Source: a virus. Taken from it: a DNA stretch of 64,000 nucleotides. The stretch is from positions 1 to 64,000 of IMG/VR virus record IMGVR_UViG_3300025459_000003; one strand, given 5' to 3'. Both the position numbers and the translations under genes were made by a program. The notes beneath the pieces were generated by a model, which had not been told where the DNA came from, did not search any database, and was given only the letters and a program-made list of their open reading frames with translations. This document shows positions 44,574 through 53,886 of the stretch, one piece after another (positions within the stretch are counted from its first letter, which is position 1; every line of letters starts with the position of its first letter).

Positions 44574-46343
44574 TCAGCGCACGAGGAAAAGTACCTTGGT
44601 GCCCTCGGGCGTCTCCACCTTCTCCTCCACGTAGTCCGGCATTATCCTGCGCAGCTCCATGTGGTAGGACGACCCCATCGGGCATATCGCCGCCACCCTG
44701 AACCCCCTGGCCACGGCATGGTTGACCTTGGCCCCGAGCAAATTCTTCCGCCAGTTGGGATCGGGCCTTCCCTGCGGCCAGGGCGGCCCCGCGATCGGAC
44801 GGGGCAGGGTGGGCACGGGGGGGCGTCCCGGGGCGGTCCTGGGGCCGCCCTGGAGCCACGGCGCGCCAATCCTGACGCCCGTCCCGGGAACGGGGAGATA
44901 CTTCCGCTTGAACTGCTCGTAGAGGCAGTCCTTCGGGTAGGAGGCGTCCCTGTCCAGGTTGCGCCCCCCCGCCCACTTCCCGCACCAGTTGTTCCTCACG
45001 AGGTGGACGGCCCTGCTGCCCGTCGGGACCTGGACGGGCGGGCCCACGAACGCGTAGGCGGGGGGGTTGAACGAGAAGTACGAGGGCAGCGACGGGAGGG
45101 CGAAGTGCCGCACCGCCTCCGTCAGGAGGTTCGGGCCGATGTCGGACCATTCGATCCTCTTCCAGTCCTTCTCCCGGCACTTCTCGATGAGCCATGCCAT
45201 GACGCGGGAGCCGGCCGGGGCCCTCATGCAGTCCCCGTTTATCTGGTCCTTGTGCCCGCTGTCCGGGTACTGGTTCACGAAGACATGCTCGTCCTTGGCG
45301 TCGAACGGCCTCACGCACACCGTGTCGGTGTCGACCCACCAGCCCCCCTTCTGGAGGAGCAGGTGGTAGCGGAACCAATCCGAGAAGTTCGTCAGGTTCT
45401 GGAACTTCTCGATGTCGGCCTCCGGCACCACCTCGTTCGCGTCCATGACCGCCGTGCCCTCGGGCACGTCCCTGCACGGCCCGTACGTGTAGAGGTGGAA
45501 CTCGTCCCCGTGGTGGAGGTAGGAGGCTATCGACAGCCTCTCCATCGTGGTGAGGCGGGCCCCGACCCACAGCGACTGCATGACGTTGCGCCCCTCCCTG
45601 TCGAGGTAGCGCTGCCTGAGCTGCTCGTAGGGGCTCCCCGGGGGGAAGACGCCGTCCTTGTCCATCCCCGTCCTCCCCCACATCTCGTTCCAGAGGTGGA
45701 CGGCGTAGGACTCGTCGGTGAGGTCGAACGTCGCCCCCGCCATGACCAGCTTCCTCACCTCCCATGCCATGACGGGGCAGAACGCCTGCGGCGGCAGGAC
45801 GTGCTGCCGGAGGCCGAGGGCGTCCACGGCGCTCTCGACGAGGGCGGGGCCGCTGGCGGCCCAGGGGATCTTCGCCACGTCCATCTCCCGGCACTTCTTC
45901 CAGCAATAGCCCATCGCCGAGCTTCCCGCTGGGACCTTGATGATCCCGTTGTTGACCTGCGTCCCCACGAACTTCATCGTCCCCTTGACGCTCGTGGCCT
46001 TGACCTCGCTGGAGAACACGTAGTCCTGCGCCATGTCGAACGGGCGGAGGCAGACGGTGTCGGTGTCGACCCACCACCCGCCCCTGTCCAGGAGCAGCTT
46101 GTAGCGGAAGAAGTCCGAGAATATGGCGGGCTTGGAGAAGTCCTTGTGGTGGAGGGAGGAGAGGGGGAGGACCTCCGCGGCGTCCTTCATGACGACCCCG
46201 GGCGGCACCCCCTCCACCCTGTCGTAGGCGTAGAGGTGGAACTCGTGCCCGTGGCGGAGGAAGGAGTTCAGGGCCGTCCGCTCCATCGTGGAGAGCCTGG
46301 GCCCGAGCCAGAAGCCCTGGATTACGCGGTTGTCCTCTCTCAT
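44574..46343 (-). CDS. Tandem-domain GT32-like (DXD) glycosyltransferase
   Basis: Two copies of SDxFRY..L...GGWWVDTD...GP; 20-bp DNA identity between 45322-45341 and 46057-46076. Confidence 0.85.
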   Translation of the reverse strand: MREDNRVIQGFWLGPRLSTMERTALNSFLRHGHEFHLYAYDRVEGVPPGVVMKDAAEVLPLSSLHHKDFSKPAIFSDFFRYKLLLDRGGWWVDTDTVCLRPFDMAQDYVFSSEVKATSVKGTMKFVGTQVNNGIIKVPAGSSAMGYCWKKCREMDVAKIPWAASGPALVESAVDALGLRQHVLPPQAFCPVMAWEVRKLVMAGATFDLTDESYAVHLWNEMWGRTGMDKDGVFPPGSPYEQLRQRYLDREGRNVMQSLWVGARLTTMERLSIASYLHHGDEFHLYTYGPCRDVPEGTAVMDANEVVPEADIEKFQNLTNFSDWFRYHLLLQKGGWWVDTDTVCVRPFDAKDEHVFVNQYPDSGHKDQINGDCMRAPAGSRVMAWLIEKCREKDWKRIEWSDIGPNLLTEAVRHFALPSLPSYFSFNPPAYAFVGPPVQVPTGSRAVHLVRNNWCGKWAGGRNLDRDASYPKDCLYEQFKRKYLPVPGTGVRIGAPWLQGGPRTAPGRPPVPTLPRPIAGPPWPQGRPDPNWRKNLLGAKVNHAVARGFRVAAICPMGSSYHMELRRIMPDYVEEKVETPEGTKVLFLVR

Positions 46344-46894
46344 TTTCGATCCCTGTAAATCCTCACTATGTCGTCCTTCGCCTCGAATTCCCAGCCGGGG
46401 GCCATGCCCAGGACGTAGCTCCTCAGGTCCGGCAACGAGGGGTACGGGGTGGGCGCACCCTTGAACTCCCTGGCATCGTCGATCAGGATGGCGCAGTCCG
46501 GGCAAAAGGAGAATATGGTCCTCAGTTCCTCCAGTATGGGGGTGTCGACCTTTCCCCGAGCGGTTATGCCCATGGACCAGTGGGCATCCAACCAGAACAG
46601 GAGCCTTTTGCCCAGGGAAGGAAGCACCTCGCCCAGGACCTCCCCGCTATCCCCCCAAAAAAGGTGAACCTTCGGGTTTCCCTTGAAAGTCTCCTGCGCC
46701 TTCCGGTAGAGGTCGGCCCCCAGCTCCACCGAGTAGATGTCGGAAAAGTGCGGCAGCATGGCGGAGACGGTGATTCCCAGGTACGTCCCGGTCTCGAAAA
46801 GGGCGTCGAGCCCGAACCTTCTGGCATGCTCCACGATGGCGGCGTGCTTTACGGGGTAGCCCCAGTCTGCGGGGGTGTCCCGGAACCCGATCAT
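46340..46894 (-). CDS. Class I SAM-dependent methyltransferase-like protein
   Basis: LFETGTYLG, FWLDAH, ILIDD motifs; ATGA coupling on both sides. Confidence 0.7.
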   Translation of the reverse strand: MIGFRDTPADWGYPVKHAAIVEHARRFGLDALFETGTYLGITVSAMLPHFSDIYSVELGADLYRKAQETFKGNPKVHLFWGDSGEVLGEVLPSLGKRLLFWLDAHWSMGITARGKVDTPILEELRTIFSFCPDCAILIDDAREFKGAPTPYPSLPDLRSYVLGMAPGWEFEAKDDIVRIYRDRK

Positions 46895-47622
46895 GGCCTC
46901 GTCCATCTGTCCTCCAGCCCATAGTCCACCCTCAGGATGGTCTCGGGCGCGTCCGACCCGAAGGTCAGGAAGTTGTTCAGGGTGTAGACCATCCCCAGCC
47001 TGTGCGCTATTACCGACGCCGCGGACAAGTCGTGCCTGTGCCCCAGCACTCGCGGGTCGGAGGATGCTGCCCCGCCTGCATTGTCCCACGGGCCGTAGAA
47101 GGAGCCGTTGTTGGCCGCCTCCATCCACTGCGACAAAAAGCTGCGGGCGACCTCCTTCTCAAGGTCCAGGCCCAGGGAGTGGGTGGCCAGTTTCGGTATC
47201 CCGAACGATTCCTCGCGGGTTACGTTGAGCAGGGGGAGGGCGGCATCGCTAATCCATTCCCCGGCGACCCACAGAGGCCTGCCGTTGAGCCACGGGGCGC
47301 TGGCGAGCCAGTATCCGGTCCCCTCCATCAGCTCCCATATCGGCAGGAGCGGACGGACCGCCACGACCGACGCGTCCGCCCAGAGGACTGACGTGAAGCC
47401 CGCGTCCGCCGCCGCTTGCATGGCATAGACCTTTGATGCATAGGGGGCGTCTTCCGGTGTCGGGCAGCCCATGGGGACGCCCCCCTTGTAGACCAGCAGC
47501 GCCACGTCGCCCCCGTTCCTGAGGAAGCCGGACGTCCACCGTCTTAGCCTGTCCGAGAGATGCCCGGGACGATGCCTGTCGGCCACCGGGGCGGTCGTCA
47601 CGATTGCCCTTCTTACCTCCAT
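46891..47622 (-). CDS. Putative nucleotide-diphospho-sugar transferase (GT-A-like)
   Basis: YASKVYAM...VLWADAS and HRHDLS motifs. Confidence 0.6.
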   Translation of the reverse strand: MEVRRAIVTTAPVADRHRPGHLSDRLRRWTSGFLRNGGDVALLVYKGGVPMGCPTPEDAPYASKVYAMQAAADAGFTSVLWADASVVAVRPLLPIWELMEGTGYWLASAPWLNGRPLWVAGEWISDAALPLLNVTREESFGIPKLATHSLGLDLEKEVARSFLSQWMEAANNGSFYGPWDNAGGAASSDPRVLGHRHDLSAASVIAHRLGMVYTLNNFLTFGSDAPETILRVDYGLEDRWTRP

Positions 47623-47655
47623 TGTTCCATTCTCCCCGAACGTTTCGGCGTATCC

Positions 47656-48867
47656 CTAAAGGCCCACGTTTTCGTCGTTCAATGCGGACTCCCTCCGATG
47701 GATGCCCTGAAGCTTCTCCACCAGGCCCCAATGGTCGTCCAGGCTGGCAAGCAGGCGTATCATGGCCTCCTTGAGGGCCCCCTCCGTCCTTTTCAGGTCC
47801 GGCGAGAAGTCGTGCTTGGGCATGATGTCCAGCATGGCATTGAAGGCCCTATGGCTATTCAGGATGTGGGGCGAACCCCAAAGCTCTGCGGTGGGTTCGT
47901 AGATGGGGTTGCCCGCCCTGTCCGTGTCCAGCACCCTTGGATGGGAGGCGCTGTTTATCCCCTCCATGTAGCCGGGGTGCCGGGAGGACGACGTTTCCTC
48001 CACCCCTACAAAGAACCGGACGTTGCCGGCCAGGGGCTGCAACGCTCCCGACTCGGGGTACCTTGCCACGATGCGTATCGGGGCATCGGGGTGCCTGGTT
48101 TTTTCTGCCAGGTATGCCAGGCTTCTCCCGAACCCGCCGAGGTCGGCCATCACCGGGCGGTCCCCCATGATGGCTTCCGTGTAGGCTATGTGGCCGGGGG
48201 AGGCCCTCTGCCTGGCTATCCGGCTGGTAAGGTAGTAATGCACCCGGTAACCTCCCCCCGCCAGCCTTCCGAACCTTTCCATGAGGCTGCTCCACAGGCA
48301 GCAGTCCCGGCTGGACATCAAAAGGTCCGTGGCATTCCCGGCATCCCTGTGCAGGAGCACGCTCGCCGCGAACAGGAACGGGAAGTTGAGCTGGGACTGG
48401 AGCAGCTCGTGCCCGCGGTATTCGGGGCTGTACATGGTCAGCCTGCCCTCCCGGCAGCACCTCGCCAGCCCTTCGAGACCCACATGCTCCCCCAGCCATG
48501 CCTCCATCGGGGTCATCCCGGCCTGGGTGGCCCTGATCGCTCTTATTCCCGCCCCTTCCGCCGACTGTACGTCGGACAGGAGGTTGTCCCCCGTGTGCTG
48601 CCTTACCGGAGGCAGCGTCTTCCATATGGAGCCGTCCCGCTTCCCCCCCTCCGTCACGAAGAGGCGGTTGGGAAGCCCCGCCACCTCCCTGAGCAGCCTT
48701 TCCGCCTTTGCCGGGTCGTAGTAGTCGCTGACCACGATGTCTTCGGGGCGCACCATCGCTATGTTCTCGGCAATGGGAAAGTGCCCTTCCTGGTTCCCGG
48801 CGGCCACTTTGGGGTTCCTGCCCGCCACGAGCGTGTCGAACAAGTCCCAGGACGAGACGTTGCACAT
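47656..48867 (-). CDS. HAD-superfamily hydrolase
   Basis: SWDLFDTL (motif I), HTGDNLLSD (motif IV). Confidence 0.7.
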   Translation of the reverse strand: MCNVSSWDLFDTLVAGRNPKVAAGNQEGHFPIAENIAMVRPEDIVVSDYYDPAKAERLLREVAGLPNRLFVTEGGKRDGSIWKTLPPVRQHTGDNLLSDVQSAEGAGIRAIRATQAGMTPMEAWLGEHVGLEGLARCCREGRLTMYSPEYRGHELLQSQLNFPFLFAASVLLHRDAGNATDLLMSSRDCCLWSSLMERFGRLAGGGYRVHYYLTSRIARQRASPGHIAYTEAIMGDRPVMADLGGFGRSLAYLAEKTRHPDAPIRIVARYPESGALQPLAGNVRFFVGVEETSSSRHPGYMEGINSASHPRVLDTDRAGNPIYEPTAELWGSPHILNSHRAFNAMLDIMPKHDFSPDLKRTEGALKEAMIRLLASLDDHWGLVEKLQGIHRRESALNDENVGL

Positions 48868-48877
48868 GATCCATTCC

Positions 48878-49432
48878 TTAAAGGCTTCTCTTTATGACCC
48901 CCAGGCCGAACTTCCCCGGAAGTATCTCCGCCTGCCAGCCCGTCCTGGCCACAAACTCGTCGTATGCCCTTCTGGGGTCCCCCCATTCCCACCCGTAGCC
49001 CCTGGTCGTTTCGGGGGATACCTCGGGGGCAACGTCATGCATGAGGACAAGGCCCCCCGGCCTGACCCGATCCGAATAGCACAGGTCGCTGCTCACGAAG
49101 GGGTAGCTATGGTTGCCGTCTATGAACAGGATATCCAGCAGGGGCGGGAGCTTCGCCGATACCGCCTCCCTCTCCCTGCTGTCGGAGAGTATGAAGGTCC
49201 AGTCGGGATGCCCTTCGAACATCGACAATGCCCCGCATTTCGGGTTTATGTCCACGCTGTACAGATGGCCGCCGTTCCGCTCTACCCCGAGGAGGAAGGC
49301 GGATGTGGAAACCCCATTCTGGACGCCTATCTCCAATATGTCGCCACGGGCATGTTCGAGGAGCCAAGGAGAGTAGTCCCACATGTCCGTCCAGTGATTA
49401 AGATTGGCGTCATACCTTTCTTTTGGTGTCAT
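48878..49432 (-). CDS. Class I SAM methyltransferase (Methyltransf_24-like)
   Basis: ILEIGVQNGVST, DILFIDGNHSY, RPGGLVLMHD. Confidence 0.8.
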   Translation of the reverse strand: MTPKERYDANLNHWTDMWDYSPWLLEHARGDILEIGVQNGVSTSAFLLGVERNGGHLYSVDINPKCGALSMFEGHPDWTFILSDSREREAVSAKLPPLLDILFIDGNHSYPFVSSDLCYSDRVRPGGLVLMHDVAPEVSPETTRGYGWEWGDPRRAYDEFVARTGWQAEILPGKFGLGVIKRSL

Positions 49433-49460
49433 TACAGCAGTGTCCCTCCCGTAATCCTCT

Positions 49461-50015
49461 CTATCTCCTCCCACGGAGCCCTTCCTCCTGAATCACCAGA
49501 AGGCAACTGTCGTCGTTCCCGGCAGGGTGCCTGGACAGGGGAAACTTGACCAGGAAGGACTCATAAGGAATGGCTGCCTTTAGCCTTTCCATGTTTTTGG
49601 GGCGGACGTCTTCCACCACATACAGCCCGTTGGGGGAAAGGAACGGGATGAGGGCGAGGGCGACGAGGGTCTGGTGCTCCAGCTCGTGCTCACCATCATC
49701 AATGATTACGTCTAGGTTTGTACCCATTGCTCTGGCCGCTGCCTCCAAGCTCTTACAATCCAACTGGTCGCCCCGAAAGCACCTTATCCTCCCTTCATCA
49801 AAGAGGCAGGACGGTTCTATGTCCACGCCGAATACCTCGGCATCGGGAAGGTACTCCGCCCACATCCTTAGGCTGGCTCCCTTGTACACGCCTATCTCCA
49901 GAAGCCGCCCGACGTGCCTTGGGGAGAGCAGCGCGGCGTAAAAGGGGGTATAGTTGTGCCCATCCGGCCCTTTGTCGGTGCCGTACTTCCCAGCAAGCTC
50001 ACATAGCTTTGTCAT
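49461..50015 (-). CDS. Sugar O-methyltransferase-like protein (GTDK family), paralog 1
   Basis: KYGTDK, LLEIGV, DVIIDDGEH, GLYVVED. Confidence 0.8.
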   Translation of the reverse strand: MTKLCELAGKYGTDKGPDGHNYTPFYAALLSPRHVGRLLEIGVYKGASLRMWAEYLPDAEVFGVDIEPSCLFDEGRIRCFRGDQLDCKSLEAAARAMGTNLDVIIDDGEHELEHQTLVALALIPFLSPNGLYVVEDVRPKNMERLKAAIPYESFLVKFPLSRHPAGNDDSCLLVIQEEGLRGRR

Positions 50016-50955
50016 GGTCTTTTTCCTTTGCCCTGGGGTGCGCCAGCGCGTCCCTCAGTGCCTGTTCGAGGCTTTCCCTCGGCTGCCATCCATAGCGGTG
50101 CCGCATTCTGGAGTTGTCCGCCGCAAGCATGGGACGGTCTACCGCCCTTTGGTGCTGGGGGGAGGATACGCACTCGATGCTTTCCCCGAGGATGGCGGAA
50201 AGCACCTTGACCACCTCGACGGGGCTCCACGCCCTCCCCGTCCCCAGGTTGCAGGTATCGACGGAGTCGCCTATTCCCGAGACCATCCGGACGATTCCCC
50301 TCGCCACGTCCCCGGCGTGTACGTAGTCCCTCTTCGACTCCAGGTTCCCGACCTCGATCCGCCTTGAGACCTTCAGCCTTTCCAGGATTTCGGGGATGAG
50401 GTGCGGGTTCGTCTCGTATGCCCCCACCACGTTGAAGATGCGCCCGACCGCAAACCTGCATCCGCTCCGGGAGGCCGCCTCCTGCACCTGCTGCTCGTTC
50501 CTTATCTTGCAGAGGCCGTAGGTGTCCATCGCCCCCAGGCTGTCGGTCTCTACATGCGGCGTCAGGGAGCTTTTGTATACCGCCGCCGTGGAGGCAAGGA
50601 AGAACCGCTCCGCCCCATTGGCTACGGCGGCATCGAGGACGGCCTGGGTCCCGTCCACGTTGGTCCTCCACGCCTCCTCGGGGTGCTCGTTGCAATAGGG
50701 GATGTAGTGGAGCGCCGCAAGGTGTACCACGATGGACGGCTTGACCGTCCCCATGACCCTCTCGAACTCCGGCGAGAGGATGTCCAGTTTCAGGAACTCG
50801 ACCCCCTCCGGGGGCTTCCCCGCCCGCCATCGGCATAGCTTGTCCGCTACCACGATCCTCGAAAACCCCCCTTTGACCAGCTCCAGCAGGAGGTTCGTCC
50901 CGATGAACCCGCATCCCCCGGTAATCAGGAACCCGCTGTCCGTCGGTATCATCAT
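49999..50955 (-). CDS. NAD-dependent sugar epimerase/dehydratase (GalE-like SDR)
   Basis: ITGGCGFIG, HLAA, STAAVY, YGLCK, RIFNVVG, RDYVH. Confidence 0.85.
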   Translation of the reverse strand: MMIPTDSGFLITGGCGFIGTNLLLELVKGGFSRIVVADKLCRWRAGKPPEGVEFLKLDILSPEFERVMGTVKPSIVVHLAALHYIPYCNEHPEEAWRTNVDGTQAVLDAAVANGAERFFLASTAAVYKSSLTPHVETDSLGAMDTYGLCKIRNEQQVQEAASRSGCRFAVGRIFNVVGAYETNPHLIPEILERLKVSRRIEVGNLESKRDYVHAGDVARGIVRMVSGIGDSVDTCNLGTGRAWSPVEVVKVLSAILGESIECVSSPQHQRAVDRPMLAADNSRMRHRYGWQPRESLEQALRDALAHPRAKEKDHDKAM

Positions 50956-51659
50956 ATCCCCCTGTACACCCAGCTCGGGTCGAAAAGCTCCTGCCAGTTG
51001 CTTACGTCGATGCCCAGCTTGTCGCCAAGCTCCCGCAGTACGAATATGGCGTTCCCGCCCCCTCCCCAGCACGGGGCCACCTCCGGCGGCCTTGGGCTTG
51101 CGGTGTGCAGGGCCAGCTCGTAGCCCTTGCGTTTTGCCAGCTCCACCATGGACGAGATGGAGGCCCCCCTGCGGTCGTCGCCCTTCTCGCCCGTTGGACC
51201 TTTCTCCGGGATCATCCGTTCTCCGGGGGGGACGGCCGAAAAGACCTCTATCACCATGACCCGGGGACGGTAGGATTCCAGGGACTCCCAGAGGAAGAAG
51301 TCGTCTCCGTCCACGTCGAGGGACAGCAGGTCGAAGTCTTTCGGCAGTCCGGTCGACCTTAGGATTTCCTCGAAGTTGCCGGGCGTCACGAGGGCGTTGA
51401 TTAGGGTCGCCTTGAATGCCGACATGTTCTTCTCAAGCTGGTCGAATTCCCGCTTCTGGCATTCGATGAGGACTCCGGACCACCCGCGCTGGGCTACCAG
51501 GGCATGGGTATTGGACCATGTCACCCCATCCAGCGCCCCGAGTTCGCAGCACCATTTGTTGGAGACGCCGACCCTTTCGAAAATGGCCTCCAGGACGCCG
51601 TCTTCCCCGCTTTGGCTGGTGACGTTCCTCCTTAGCGAATTCAGCCAGATGCTTGACAT
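50952..51659 (-). CDS. FkbM-like methyltransferase
   Basis: SQSGEDG, ELGALDG...SNT, GWSGVLIE, LLSLDVDG, PRVMVIE. Confidence 0.75.
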   Translation of the reverse strand: MSSIWLNSLRRNVTSQSGEDGVLEAIFERVGVSNKWCCELGALDGVTWSNTHALVAQRGWSGVLIECQKREFDQLEKNMSAFKATLINALVTPGNFEEILRSTGLPKDFDLLSLDVDGDDFFLWESLESYRPRVMVIEVFSAVPPGERMIPEKGPTGEKGDDRRGASISSMVELAKRKGYELALHTASPRPPEVAPCWGGGGNAIFVLRELGDKLGIDVSNWQELFDPSWVYRGI

Positions 51660-52243
51660 GGGGGTCCGCCTCCTATGGTCTCTCCCCTTATCACTATCAG
51701 CTGGTCGCTGATGTATTTTTCCAGGTTGAAGCTCACCAGCTCGTGCCTGTAGGGAAGGTTGGGAACCACCTTGTCCGGTGCCCATACGTCTTCGATGATG
51801 TAGAGCCCGTCGGGCTTGAGCAGCAGGGGGATGAGGACGACGGCCGACAGCACCTGGTGCTCGGGGAGGTGGGAGCCGTCGTCTATCACGATGTCGAACC
51901 CCCCGCCCAGCTTGGCCGCCGCCGACCGCAGGGATTCCTCGCTTCCCTGATCGCACTGGAACGACCTGATCCTCCCCTCGTTGATGAGGATGTCCTCGCG
52001 GATGTCCAGGGCGTATATCTCCGCCTCGGGGAAGTACTCCTGCCACATGAACAGGCTCGCCCCGGACCTGTAGTTCTCCCCCACCGTGTAGCACATGGTT
52101 TCGGGGTACCCGATGCCTATTTCCAGCAGCTTCTTGACGTTCCTCCCCTTGAACATCTCGTAGTAGTAGGGCGTGTAGCCGTGGCAAATCGAGGGAACCT
52201 TGTCGGTCCCCCACTTGGCGGCAATCTCGCAAAGCGGCGTCAT
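51641..52243 (-). CDS. Sugar O-methyltransferase-like protein (GTDK family), paralog 2
   Basis: KWGTDK, LLEIGIG, FDIVIDDGSH, GLYIIED. Confidence 0.8.
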   Translation of the reverse strand: MTPLCEIAAKWGTDKVPSICHGYTPYYYEMFKGRNVKKLLEIGIGYPETMCYTVGENYRSGASLFMWQEYFPEAEIYALDIREDILINEGRIRSFQCDQGSEESLRSAAAKLGGGFDIVIDDGSHLPEHQVLSAVVLIPLLLKPDGLYIIEDVWAPDKVVPNLPYRHELVSFNLEKYISDQLIVIRGETIGGGPPCQASG

Positions 52244-52431
52244 GCCCTCGTCCACCTTTCCGGTATCCTGTCCGGGGATTCCGGGGAGCCATCGGCCAGC
52301 CATCGCTTGGGGGCGACCCTCGTCCGGTTGCCGATGTTCGCCCTTATGTCGAACACGAGGTCATCGCGGCCCATGAACTGCGAATAGAAGCCCGCCATGG
52401 TTTCCATCTTTCCTACCCTATCTTCATCCAT
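52240..52431 (-). pseudogene. Deletion chimera: FkbM N-terminus fused to GT11 C-terminus
   Basis: FYSQF..DDLVFDIRANIGNRT joined directly to VAPKRWL...IPERW. Confidence 0.6.
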
Positions 52432-53240
52432 CTTTCCGGAGCAATGTCCTTGGTATCAAGGAACGCCGCGGCCGGGCCTAACCATCGCCTGGGGGCGATG
52501 CACGTCCTTCCGGGCCTCGTGTCCCCCAACCACGCGCCCCACCACGAGAAGGAACTGTTGGCGATCACGCCATGGCTGCAGAGGCCCATCAGCCATATGT
52601 CCTCGTGCTCCTTGCCGGGCACGTCCGACCCGAACAGCCTTCCTCCCGGCTTGTTGTGGTCGACTACCCGGAGGCCGGGAAACGCCTCCTTGCACCATGC
52701 GGGGTCGTCCGAAAACACGAAGAACTCGGCGTTTCCCACCCTCTCCTTTATTATCGACATGGCGGCCGAGTAGTAGTCCATGCCCAGGTTGGTGTGGTAT
52801 TCTTCCTGGCCCACGTAGTCGGTCCTGCGGACGTGCAGGAAGGCGCTCCTTTCCTCGCAGCCGAGGATTTCCCTTGCCACGGCCTGGGATGCCCCGCTCA
52901 GTTGGTTTTCCGGGCTGCGGAGCGAGAATGCATCCCTCACCAGCGGCACGTCGAAGTACTTCTCGGTCTGCCACTGCCCGTCGAAGGATGCCCATTGCTT
53001 GTCGTAGACTCCCGGATCGAAGGCATATGTATGATTCCATTCGTAAAAAATGGGAGCGGGCATCTCGGAAACGAAGGTTATCGGGACGTCGAACACCCCG
53101 AGCGCATAGCATCTTTTCAGGTCGGAATCCGGGATGTCCCGGGTAAAGGAAAGCGCCTCGCCCCTGGCCTTGGACACCGATATTCCGAAAGCGTACTGGA
53201 ACATCTGGTTGCCCAGGCCGCCCTTGAGCAGGACTACCAT
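52413..53240 (-). CDS. GT11 alpha-1,2-fucosyltransferase-family glycosyltransferase
   Basis: GGLGNQMFQYA, HVRRTDY, FSDD, NSSFSWWGAWL, APRRW. Confidence 0.9.
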   Translation of the reverse strand: MVVLLKGGLGNQMFQYAFGISVSKARGEALSFTRDIPDSDLKRCYALGVFDVPITFVSEMPAPIFYEWNHTYAFDPGVYDKQWASFDGQWQTEKYFDVPLVRDAFSLRSPENQLSGASQAVAREILGCEERSAFLHVRRTDYVGQEEYHTNLGMDYYSAAMSIIKERVGNAEFFVFSDDPAWCKEAFPGLRVVDHNKPGGRLFGSDVPGKEHEDIWLMGLCSHGVIANSSFSWWGAWLGDTRPGRTCIAPRRWLGPAAAFLDTKDIAPERWMKIG

Positions 53241-53884
53241 AGGGATTTTGCCTCCTTGTAGGCATCGAACATCTGTTCCGGAAGGTACGCCCTTTTCCAT
53301 CCACCCACCGATGAAAGATGGCAGGAGATGGTGTCCTTGGCGGGCACGGAGCCCGGGTAGAACTGGTACCTTGCGTCGTCGTGCGGGGATATCCCGTGCT
53401 TCGCCAGCGTGTCCGCCACGAAAACGTCCTCCGGCCCCCCTCCCGGCCACGGCTCGGCGGCCGCGACCAGCTCCATCGCCCTCCTGCTCAGGCAGTATCC
53501 CGATCCCCCGCTGGCGAAGATCACGGGGGGGCATTCCCGGTTCACGCCCCCGACGTAGTCGTGCTGCTCGAACCCGCTGCTGGCGAGGTTGGACGGGACG
53601 ACCAGGGTGTCGATGTCCGCCTTGTACACGTGGTCGAATCCCTGGCCCAGCGCCCACCCCACGATGCCCCTCGTCTTCAGGAGCAGGCCCATATAGTCGT
53701 CCGGGACGTCGAGGAAGACCTCGTCCACGCAGATGCGGTCCGGCGGGGGGTTCCCGAGGAAGAACCGGCAGTCCCATTCCGAGGAGGGGGGCACGTCTCG
53801 TATCCAGGTCTGCCTCTGGGCGTCCTGCCATCGCCTGTGCCTGTGGCAGCTCAGGATTGCTATGAGGGTGCGTCCCGGGCCCAT
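53234..53884 (-). CDS. GT31/Fringe-like glycosyltransferase
   Basis: RQTW, DDY..L..KT, YKADIDT, SGGSGY.LSR, EDVFV. Confidence 0.75.
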   Translation of the reverse strand: MGPGRTLIAILSCHRHRRWQDAQRQTWIRDVPPSSEWDCRFFLGNPPPDRICVDEVFLDVPDDYMGLLLKTRGIVGWALGQGFDHVYKADIDTLVVPSNLASSGFEQHDYVGGVNRECPPVIFASGGSGYCLSRRAMELVAAAEPWPGGGPEDVFVADTLAKHGISPHDDARYQFYPGSVPAKDTISCHLSSVGGWKRAYLPEQMFDAYKEAKSLW

Positions 53885-53886
53885 GC

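Noticed and set aside
43822-46077. 751-aa ORF as listed in the track
   Set aside because: Only 44469-43822 is real (PEP-CTERM protein with RBS and signal peptide); the upstream part overlaps the GT32 gene out of frame.
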